Shown: one piece after another, positions 12,131-22,678 of the stretch
Layout of the letters: every line of letters begins with the position of its first letter
Position numbering within the stretch: the first letter of the stretch is position 1
Assembly: GCA_951406725.2 (NCBI GenBank)
Contig: OX597823.1
Location: 82,212,001-82,276,000 of the forward strand
From: Octopus vulgaris
Taxonomy: Eukaryota
Reading direction: 5' to 3'
DNA: 64,000 nt
The notes under the pieces: generated by a model
What the model saw: only the letters and a program-made list of their open reading frames with translations
What the model was told of the DNA's origin: nothing
Databases searched by the model: none
Position numbers and translations under genes: made by a program

Positions 12131-13166
12131 GCAAAAGCTGAGTATGTTTCAAAATCCGCCAACAAAAGTCAACCATTTGTTATTCATGGATGGACCTCAA
12201 ACTTTATGGTAAAGATGAAGCCCAAGTCAATTCCCTCGTTGATACGGTGTATACCTTCAGTGCTGATATCAGAATGGAGTTCGGACTGAGAAATTGTGGT
12301 GTATTAGTCTTGAAGAGAGGCAAAATCAAATGTATGGACGGGCTAACGATACCATCGGGGGAGGTTATGAAGCAGATAGAAGGGACAGGCTATAAGTACT
12401 TGGGGATTTTGGAAATGGATAAATTGATGGAGAAAGAAATGACAGAAAAATTTAAGATGGAGTACTTGCGCAGACTGATACTGATCCTTAAGTCGAAATT
12501 AAACGGACGGAATAAGATAGAAGCTATTAACACCTGGGCGGTTTCACTCCTTAGATATGAAGCAGGAGTAATCTCAAAGACAGTAGACGAACTAAACAGC
12601 TTAGACAGAAAGACAAGGAAGTTGCTAACTAGATATGGGTCACTCAATCTCCAAAGTGACACAGACAGACTGTATGCACCAAGAAAAAGAGGGGGAAGAG
12701 GACTTATTGGATGCGAACACAACATTAGAGCAGAAGAGAAACAACATAGCATGGTATGTAAAAAATGCCACAGAACCGCTATTACTAGAAGTAAGAAGGT
12801 CAGGCTTGTGTAGGATGAAAGGTTGCAAAGATAAAGCACTATACAAGAAATTGAAAACGAATGAAACTGAAAATAGGTGGGTAAAGAAAAGAATTCATGG
12901 TCAATTTCATAGGGATGTTGAACATAAGACAGACAGAGAAAAAAGATGGTTGTGAATGACTAAAAGTGATTTAAAACTGGAAACGTAGAAGTAGGAGAAA
13001 AAACAGGGGCTGCAATAAGGGTGGAGCACTTGCAGAAAACAACATTGCTTGGAACCACTCGAATACTCCAGAAGGTGCTCAAAAAATTATAGGTATTACC
13101 TTAGTTCACTGGTAGTGAGCAGCTGATACTGTAGTTCATCTCCAGCGTTAGAAGCTGTGCAAAGGC
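12131..13166 (+). mobile_element. R4/Dong-clade non-LTR retrotransposon fragment, 5'-truncated and internally deleted, in (AAT)n
   Basis: VNHLLFMD/DLKLYGK...IRMEFGL.NC...YKYLGILE...LKSKLNGRNKIEAINTWAVSLLRY...RLYAPRKRGGRGL; C-terminal LQKTTLLGTTRILQKVL; (AAT)n on both flanks. Confidence 0.85.
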
Positions 13167-13178
13167 AATAATAATAAT

Positions 13179-13252
<74 letters not shown>

Positions 13253-13300
13253 TGATAATGATTATGATGATGATAATGATTATGATGATTATGATGATTA

Positions 13301-13350
<50 letters not shown>

Positions 13351-13381
13351 AACAATAGCAATAATAATAATAATAATAATA

Positions 13382-13475
<94 letters not shown>

Positions 13476-14569
13476 TAACATTGACAGAAATGGTTCGTAT
13501 GGCTTTGATAACATCAACGGTGTTGTTGATGCTGATGATGATGATAATGATGAAGGTCGTGATGGTGATGACGACGACTACATCGACAGTGCTGCTGATG
13601 GTGCAGATGCTGTTGATGACGATGGCGAAGATAACTGCAGCATTAAGTACATTTCGTTGTAATCCCTCGTATATTTTTCCTATTTAACATTCAAATGTTG
13701 TGTACAAGTTAAGTATTTCGTTTTGTGGGTAACATGGTGTATGTATGCTCACTGCTGATTATAACCACGATAAAGAACCATAAACAGAATACAATCATCG
13801 AAAATGATGAGAAATAATGGAATTCTTTAGTTCTTTTTGAAGAATTAAAGCAATAAATCATTTCTTGAAAACTGCGTTAACATTTAATTTTTGAAATCAA
13901 ATATGAAGTCGTTTTTAGATGTTGTTATCTCCCCTTTGTTTCTTATCGATAGCCTGAAGCGGGCATGATCAAAATCAATACAATTTTATATTTCATTTTA
14001 CGGTCTTTGAGTTCATCCATCGAAATGTTTATGAAGTAGTGTTAATTGTAACATATTGTTAAAAACAATAGACTAGAAGTAGTTGGTTTCAGAGTCCGTT
14101 TCCTAACACAAATAGAACCATTAAAATGCTTTTGATTTTGTTTTTTCTTTTCTCGAAATTTTCAGAGCCAAATCAGGTTCGCTTTTATGTTTAACGGAGA
14201 TGAAAGCAGCGATAACTGCAGATTCAACAGATTTTATGAATCTCATTAGTGTAGAAAATATTAATTACAGTCACTAATGACTCTGGAGTGCTAAACTACT
14301 TTAATTCCTTTCTTTTTGTTTTGTTGCATCCATGTGCGATTCTGTATTGATTATTTTCGAAGGGAATCGTGTCTTACATTAAGATGGAAGTTCACTTAAA
14401 TCTCTCGTAAGAAATCTTTGGGAAATATTTCCTGGAACTTTCTACTGTGAAACTGAATATCATCAAAGACACAGTCAATTAAAATTACGTACACAGTAGC
14501 TTCATCACAAATACACACACACTCAAAGACATAAACATGTATGTGTCTATGTATATAATGAAGCATGTA

Positions 14570-14573
14570 TATC

Positions 14574-14656
<83 letters not shown>

Positions 14657-14671
14657 TTATCTATCTATCTA

Positions 14672-14755
<84 letters not shown>
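14570..14755. repeat. (ATCT)n microsatellite
   Basis: Direct reading. Confidence 0.95.
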
Positions 14756-14822
14756 GTTTCTCTTTCCGTTTGTCTTTCTGTTTCTCTCTCTCCCTTTCTC
14801 TGAATGTATACACACACACACT

Positions 14823-15528
14823 TATTAGGTCGTCAAGTATGAAATTTGTAGTAAGGTATATGGTAAACTTTGACAGCTGCTCATTTTGCGCCATTATTAT
14901 ATTTTGACACTTTATTTTTTGCTAGAAAGCTGACATCTATTTCTTTATCATAAATCCTTTTGCGCTTTATAAAGTATCTATAAATCGTGTCTTGCTATTT
15001 TTGTTTAGAGATGGATAAGTCGGAAAATCGTGCAGTTTTGAAATATCAGTTCTATCTTGGAAATACAGAATAAGAGACAGCTCAGAATATTAATGGAGTA
15101 TTTCGTTCTAATGTTATTACACAGCAGACAATATGAAATTGGTATGCCAAATTTCGTTCTCGTAAATTTGACCTCACAAATAAGCAACGCGGTCGACCAG
15201 AAAGAAAGGTGGATAAAGACGAACTGAAAGTCAGATCCATCTCAAAGTGCCTATGAATTAGTGTTATTGTTTGGTGTTAGCAAGCAAACAATACTGACTC
15301 ACCTAGTTCAAATCGGTAAAGTGAAAAAGTTGGATAAGTGGGTTCCACAAGAACTCAATGAAAATCAAAAACAGCAACGTTTGGAAGCCTGCATTATGCT
15401 ACTTTCTCGTCCCGAAAATGAATAATTTTTTAATCGAATTGTAGCATGTGATGAGGAATGGATCGAATACAACAACCATAACATGTTCAGCATAATGGGC
15501 GGACAAAGACGAGTCATCTAAACACAGT
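14823..15528 (+). mobile_element. Mariner (Tc1/mariner) transposon remnant: 5' TIR and partial transposase pseudogene
   Basis: Starts tattaggtcgtcaagtatgaaa; translates ...FGVSKQTILTHLVQIGKVKKLDKWVPQELNENQKQQRLEAC...NRIVACDEEWI (WVPHEL and first catalytic-D motifs); in-frame stop. Confidence 0.85.
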
Positions 15529-16061
15529 CCAATTTCTCACCCTCATTTTAAGTTTAAATTAAAATTAATACGCTCTCTAACCGGCAAAAGCTACCGCAGT
15601 AAATTATTTTCTGCAGTGTTATTTTCCAGTAATTTAGCGCGCTAAAACGAGGACTTTTTAACCACAAGTGTAATAGGTAAAACTAGATACAAATCTGACC
15701 TCGTGCAGACGTCTCTGTGTATAGTTCTGAAAATTATATTTATATTGACGGTCATACTGAAGATCTACGGATCTAAAATTACATGATCTGTTAATAGTGA
15801 AACAGGTATGTGAATAATCTCTATTTTTGTTACTTTTCATTTGTTTTGCTCGCTTACGTTCTCGTGTTTGCTAAATTTTTCTTGAGAACATTTCTTAATG
15901 GTAAGACCATAGTGGATCTACTTCTAGCATACGGGTTGTCATCCCCCTCATATGTATATGATACACTTTACTGAACCTTCAGATTTTAATATGCTAGACC
16001 ACTGGTGTTAAATTGATGTTAATTAAATTAATATCCAATTTCTCACCTTCATTTTAAATTC

Positions 16062-16093
<32 letters not shown>

Positions 16094-16095
16094 GC

Positions 16096-16176
<81 letters not shown>

Positions 16177-16186
16177 TGTGTGTCAT

Positions 16187-16436
16187 TAAAGCGACTGAGG
16201 GTGCTGTTCAGTATTGCTGGAGATAAGAGTCAAAACAACTTATAGCCACAATAATGCACCGTCTTGTTTATTTACAAAGAAGGCGAGCTCCTTAAACATC
16301 GGGCATAGCAAATTCACCAGTGATTTCGCGTTAGCACTCGTCAGTGCCTTGGATTAAACTCAACTGCCTGGCTATGAGTTGTTTTGGCTCTTAATTCTAG
16401 CAATTCTGGTGCTGAATAGTGCCCTCAGTCGCTTTA
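16187..16436. repeat. Fold-back element between (TG)n and (CA)n with a hammerhead motif in its loop
   Basis: Arms 16187-16248 and 16369-16436. Confidence 0.85.
16307..16348 (-). ncRNA. Type I hammerhead-like motif
   Basis: Minus strand ggca-CTGACGA-gtg-ctaa-cgc-GAAA-tcactggtga-att-tgct; stem III needs one bulge. Confidence 0.6.
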
Positions 16437-16508
16437 GCGATGTATATATTTTCGTGTTTCGGTTGAAAAAATTGCCAGCAAGTTACTGTTATTAGTCACA
16501 TATACACG

Positions 16509-16573
<65 letters not shown>

Positions 16574-16574
<1 letters not shown>

Positions 16575-17828
16575 GAATAATGGAATATGGAGATAAACTC
16601 ACAAGATGTTATTTAAATCATTTATATAACAATTATAAATCTTTTTCTGTAAAAATAAAAATAGAACTTCAGGTGTTTTAAATGAGAAATCTCCCTATAA
16701 AGCGCATGACCCTCGTAAAATTATTTGGCTTGTTATTCCATACGGCAAACAAATTAAAAGTATCCTCCCTTACTTGTTTCGTCAAACCTTCGAAAGGAAC
16801 TTACCCCAAAATTCCAGGTACCACTTCATTCTCTACGCACATCGTATCCGAATTGGTTTCTCCAACACTAATAACCTCCTGCAAATTACCTCTTCACATA
16901 ACAACTTTATTCTTAACGGTAAAAGGGTTTCGCTCGATAACTATAATAACAATAATATCAATAATGATAATCACTCTTTAAATAATGATAATATCAATAG
17001 TAGTATTACTTGTAATTGTGGTCCGAATAAGACTCGCGTTCTCAACGGAAATTGTAGAATGTAAAATTTCTGTAGGGTCGAAAGAATATTTTTATATTGG
17101 CATTTCATCCACGGAATTAAAAAAAAAATTATTGCCAACCATATTTCTACATTTAAATATATTCATAAACGTAATACTACAGGCCTTAGTAAACTAATTT
17201 GGCATCTCAAAGACAGTAAAAAACAATTTTCTTTCGGTTGGAAATATTGTCAAGACCGTTTCCATATGATAAAGGTAAATCTTTTTGCTCTTTTTCCAAA
17301 CACACACTAGTCAACACCTATAAAGGACGTGTTTACAAGTGTTTATGTTGGAAAAAACACACTTTCAACTATTTCAAATTATATCTGTCCCCTTACCTAA
17401 TAATATCTGCAACTTAAACTTTAGTCTTTTCATCCCATATTTTCTATTCTTTCCTTCATATTTTCTATCTGTCATTCACTTTCTATTTGTTTATACCTAC
17501 ATTGCTTCTTTAATTCTCTTTCTCTCTTCTTTCTCTTCTCTCGTCAGATGACGTCAAATTTCTTAATGGTAATTTAAAATTATTAGCGTTCCCTATCCAC
17601 CTTTGTTTTCCAATATAATATATATTATAGTTTTTTACATATGTAAAAATGGCTTATTGATGATCACTGTTATTTATAATTTCCTCTCTGATGAGATTGA
17701 GGCATTTTTTCCACATTATTCTTCCCTTCGGATTTATTTTATTGCATCAATCAAAACAAATGTCGGCGATATAGTGATATAAATGATTTAAACATCTTGT
17801 GAATTTTTCTCTGTTTTCCATTATTCTC
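16574..17828 (+). mobile_element. Decayed Penelope-like element (linker and GIY-YIG region) with inverted termini
   Basis: Fragments IIWL.IPY, RIGFSNTNNL..I.SHN..IL, CNC...LNGNC, KEYFYIGISSTE; 16574-16627 is an inverted copy of about 17780-17828. Confidence 0.75.
17683..17769 (+). ncRNA. Degenerate hammerhead in the 3' terminus of the Penelope-like element
   Basis: CTGATGA 17688-94; stem II gattga/tcaatc; AAAAC in place of GAAAC; GTC at 17762-64; stem I decayed. Confidence 0.5.
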
Positions 17829-18095
17829 ATGTTCTCCAAAACACGTCTCACTTCTCATCGAAATAATCACCATGCAAGTGTGATTACTAATCTCTTAGGG
17901 GCTTATGTGACATTTGGTTACCTTGCAACTGTTCCTCAGGATCTTTCCTTGTAAATTAAGCACTTAAACACACACACACACACACACACACAATTGATAG
18001 AAATGGCAAGACAACAAATGAATGAAAGAGACCTCGATATTATGTAAATAGATGAATATATCTGTAAATATATGTGACAATTATTCGGTAGCCAT

Positions 18096-18156
18096 GATAA
18101 AATTCCGAGTTTCGGATGTCGGGGCGGAAGCCCACGTTGGCATCTCTTCAGTTATC
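18096..18156 (-). ncRNA. Type I hammerhead ribozyme in a Penelope pseudo-LTR
   Basis: Minus strand gataa-CTGAAGA-gatgcc...gacatcc-GAAAC-tcgga-at-t-ttatc; the sister copy at 55356 has GAAACTCGGAGTT. Confidence 0.7.
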
Positions 18157-18429
18157 GGGCCATCGAAAAAATGCTATGAAAATGACCGTTAAAACAAAGG
18201 AAAATTACCGTGGGATTGACCGTTGTTAAGAAAAAAGAGCTATTAGAATGACCGCTAAGTAAGGGGAGTCCATACATACACATTCGCGCCCCCACACCGA
18301 CGTACATGCGCCTATATGTATATTCCTATCCACTCTCACTTGAAACACACACATGCTCCAAAAAATATATACATATTCGCCAAAAATATATACATACCGG
18401 CATACACGCTTGCACACACTCACACACAC

Positions 18430-18880
18430 TCGCACAAAAAAGGTTCATGCACACGTCTATATAGCACATGAACAAGAAAAAACACGGCTAAATGCAAAAT
18501 GTAAAAAATGTGTGAAAAAAGTGTAAAAAATAAGCAATAAGAGTAAAACACGTCTATATACGCACTTACTCGTATGCACGCACGCGTTTAATATACGAAC
18601 ATACCCACACACGTCTATATACGCACACACACACACACGCGCACAGAAAAGAAAAAAAAGTTCATACACACGTCTATATACGCACATGCACAAGAAAAAA
18701 CAGGGCTAAAGGCAAAACAGAAAAATGTGTGAAAAAAGTGTGAAAAATAAGCAATAAAAGTAAAACACGTCTATATACGCACATACTCGCATGCACGCAC
18801 ACACACACACGTCTATATACGCACATACCCGCACACACGCGTACAAAAAATTCCATATACACGTCTATATACGCATAGGA
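18430..18880. repeat. Tandem repeats in the Penelope 3' region (acacgtctatatacgcac motif, ~218-bp higher-order duplication)
   Basis: Motif recurs about 7 times; 18440-18655 is duplicated at 18658-18875. Confidence 0.75.
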
Positions 18881-20068
18881 AAAATGCAGTGTGGAAGGTA
18901 GAATACAGAAAAATTTGTGTAAAAATGATATGAGCAATAAAACTATAAACCAATATCTCCATAAATATGTAAAAAATATATAAAAATATTTAAGAAGTAT
19001 AAGTAAAAAGTATAGAGATAAAAAGCTTTTATGTGGACACAATATAGAAAGCAAATCCTATCAGTAATCTCGGGGGGTGGTGCGCAAAAACGTAACAAAT
19101 ATTTAGCCACGCATGGACATGAACCAAAAAGTTCAGTTCTTGAATTTAGACATGTGGTGGGTTTAAGCTGCTTTTCCAGTTGAGCCATCTTTCCATATCC
19201 CATAGACCACACTTCCCCCTGCCGTTGGTGTAGACTTACACTTGGCTAGGATCTTCCAATGGATGTTGTAACTGACACCTTTATCTTTTAAGGACCACAT
19301 ATGACTGGATAATTTGGTCATTTTCCTTTTATCCCAGTGCCTGAAGCTCAAGGTGTGATTATTGAACCTGGCCTTGAAATTACCCTCTGTAAGGCCCACG
19401 TATTTCTTCGTCGAAACCGTGTCCTTAGTGGATATAGAGCACACGGTGGCTTCATAAATGATGCTCTCGGACATGCAAGCTCCAAATAGCGGGCACAAAC
19501 TTTTATCCCTGCATGAACAGCTGGTTTCATATTGTGGTTTTTGTGTGTTGTGTGCGCTTGTATTCTTAAAATTAGTACTTGAGCTGAAACTGATTTTTAA
19601 GTTATATCTATTGAAGATATTTCTGTAACTATGGTTGACTGGAAAATGTCTATTAGTGCTTAGAGATTCTTGCCTATATTAAAAGTCACTTCGGATGAGT
19701 AGGGGGTGTGAAACAGATAGTTTTCTTATTCCTGTTTCCTTTTCTTCATTATTGGACTGGTGGCAGGTGTATAGGTTATTTCCTCGCTAAATGCACTATC
19801 TTTCAGAACTGGGGCAACGCTATTAAAAATGTTCCTATCGGAGGAGAGGCTGGAAATTCTTTTGCTAATATTTTTAACTAAATTTTAAAACACTATGGGG
19901 CGATGGCAGGAACCCACATTAATATAACTAAGTCTATCGTTGAGCTTCCTATAAGGTTTATAAATATTCTTATTTAGATCTAAGGATACATCTAGGAAAT
20001 TGACAACCGTCAGGTTGGTGTCTATAGTTATGCTAAGACCGAAAGTTTTCATCAAATGGATATATATA

Positions 20069-20187
<119 letters not shown>

Positions 20188-20206
20188 TTGTATATGTGTA
20201 TGTATG

Positions 20207-20251
<45 letters not shown>

Positions 20252-20399
20252 GTATATATGTATATATTTCTTTCAAGTATTACGAGTCATTAGGTCGGTT
20301 ACCACTTTCCAAGTCCTGTAAATGACCGAGACATCAACATTCTTCCCGAACGGGACGCCGATCCGATGAAGTATTTAAGGCTAGTAATTTTGAACGGAA

Positions 20400-20550
20400 G
20401 ATCAAGTCGTGTATTTGATTGGCACTTACTTTTATCGAGTCCGAAGGGATGAAAGGCAAAGTTAACCTCGGCAGGATTTGAACTCAGAACGTAAACAGCC
20501 TGGAGTAATACCGCTAGTCATTTTGACTGACGATTCCATCATGTTGCCTT
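20400..20550 (-). mobile_element. SINE family B, degenerate
   Basis: ggatgaaaggcaaagttaacctcggcaggatttgaactcagaacgtaa. Confidence 0.75.
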
Positions 20551-20561
20551 ACTCGCGCACG

Positions 20562-20616
<55 letters not shown>

Positions 20617-22271
20617 GTATATGAAACTATATATTCGCATATATATGTGTGTGTGTGTGTATTGATGTATGCTTCTATATTTGTGGGTCGGATGAAAGGG
20701 GTTCTTTGTTTTAAAAATGTTTTGCGAGTTTTCAACATCTGAGGGTCTATTTCCTGCCTTTTATGACCACGATTTCAAGTACTCAGGCTTTCGTTTATTA
20801 TTAGCGTACCATTTTATCATTTGAAGCGGAATATATCTGATCTGAGTGTACATATTCTGAACATCTCTACATTCATGCCATCATAATTCGTTCGTTGCTT
20901 TGTATATGTGTGCGAGCTCTTTTATGTGAAAATCAATTTTTGCCTTTTATGTTTCCACGTTCGATAAAATGCATACCGATGAGCTACCATAGATTTATGA
21001 CATTGTAACTGTGTTAGAAATCTGGATGCTAGAATTTGTTCGAACCATATAAAGAAAAAGGTAAAAAAAAAATCATGAAAATTCGCGGTATTAGTTTTGA
21101 AAGCGATTTAGCTAATTATTGTAGGTTGGGCAACAGTGTATAAGCGTTCACTCGTTAATTCGTCCTTGTCCCATGTTGAAGTTTTTATTTGTTAAATGAT
21201 TGGGCAACAACATAGGTAGAGCATAAACCATGATAGATCTAATACACTATTCGTACACTGATGTTTCTGGCAATTTGCTTTGGCTAAATATGGCGCCCAT
21301 GATTTCTTTTACTTCGAAATATTACTGTCTTTTCTATGGGTGGCATAAATGAATGTTGCAGAAGCAATACCTTTTTCTACAATAATCTACGCACATGATA
21401 CTTCTGCATAAGGTTTTTCATAAGCTTTGGAATTATTATGATACTGTTCAAAATTCCGAATCCGGAGGACTTCATCCGAGTTGCCGGAAATATTAGTAAA
21501 TGAAACCATTCTTTCAGTTTCTGGTGTTGAGGTATTTAACCAGTGTGTCAGTCGTTTAGAATTTCTAGTTTTGGGATTATGCTGGTTGTTTTCTTCGTTA
21601 ATTAACGGTCAGAAGAAAATTAAGCCGTGCCTCAACTATATCTCAAGCCTAGCTGTTGTTTTACTTTTATAATTTCTTATTAAATGTTCAAATCGTGATT
21701 ATCCGTATTTTTCAAGAATTAGTGTGTATAAAAAGATTTTATCCAACATATATCACTTTTCTTTCTTTCTAAGATTATAGTGTACTATGATTTGTAGGAG
21801 ATCTGGTTGCTATTTCTAGCAGATCTACCAACTCAATAGAGGGATATTTTCGGATAGAGGGAATTAAAAAGGAATACAGTAAGGCACTAAACATAGGAGG
21901 AAGGAAACCCAGTTTGAAACAGTGCAAGATCATGCAGTGGTTTGTGTAGTTGCGCAATTAAGCTCATACAAAGGTTCCGAGTTCAAGCCTCACTGAAAGC
22001 GGCATTTAAACATCAGCAGGAGGACACTTAGCAGCCACTATCAAGGTGGGCCTACCCTTTCAGCGTGTCAAGAACTAACGGGCCGAAAAACTTGTTTGCT
22101 GGAAGTTTTTCGTCTGAAGATTTCTCCTGTTGTCCGTTTGCTCCGTAACGAGTTTTTTCTGGATTGCGGGAACTGGTCATTTAGCCGTTCCCTGTCCTGA
22201 TACAGCAGACTTATGATGAAAGAAGTTCCAGCCACGACAATCCCGTACTTTTTTATGCTTATTTTATCTGT

Positions 22272-22678
22272 AACTGCATTAAGGAACGTATAGGCGTAGG
22301 AGTGGCTGTGTGGTAAGTAGCTTGCTTACCAACCACATGGTTCCTGGTTCAGTCCCACTGCGTGGCACCTTGGGCGAATGTCTTCTACTATATCCTCGGG
22401 CCGACCAAAGCCTTGTGTGTGGATTAGGTAGACGGAAACTGAAAGAAGCCCGTCGTATATATATATGTTTGTGTGTCTGTGTTTGTCCACACAGCAACAC
22501 TTGACAACCGATGCTGGTTTGTTTACTTCCCCGTAACATAGCGGTTCGGCAAAAGAGACCGATAGAATAAGTACTAGGCTTACAAAGAATAAGTCCTGGG
22601 GTCGATTTGCTCGACTAAAGGCGGTGCTCCAGCATGGCTGCAGTCAAATGACTGAAACAAGTAAAAGAGTAAAAGAGT
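22272..22678 (+). mobile_element. SINE family A, full-length reference copy
   Basis: ggcgtaggagtggctgtgtggtaag (A box)...ggttcagtccc (B box)...caccttgggcgaatgtctt (CORE-like)...(TA)n(TG)n...tail ending (gtaaaaga)n. Confidence 0.92.

Larger units (their letters stand above)
17992..20058 (-). mobile_element. 5'-truncated Penelope-like element: RT C-terminus, GIY-YIG endonuclease, repetitive 3' region and hammerhead-bearing terminus
   Basis: [23 protein letters not shown]...YKPYRK.ND..SYIN..S.H.P; CPLFGAC..SIIYEATV...KKYVGLTEGNFKARFNNH..SF...TKLSSHMWSLKD...I.WKIL; frameshifted; bounded by (CA)n and (TA)n. Confidence 0.9.

Noticed and set aside
22272-22345. tRNA-like sequences at SINE heads (also 4700-4770 and 33905-33980)
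   Set aside because: They have A/B boxes but continue into SINE bodies and lack a complete cloverleaf; not called as tRNA genes
22279-22539. Recurrent peptide RRASFSFRLPNP..RLWS.RGYSRRHLPKVPRSGTEPGTMWL in many ORFs
   Set aside because: Antisense translation of SINE A, not a gene family
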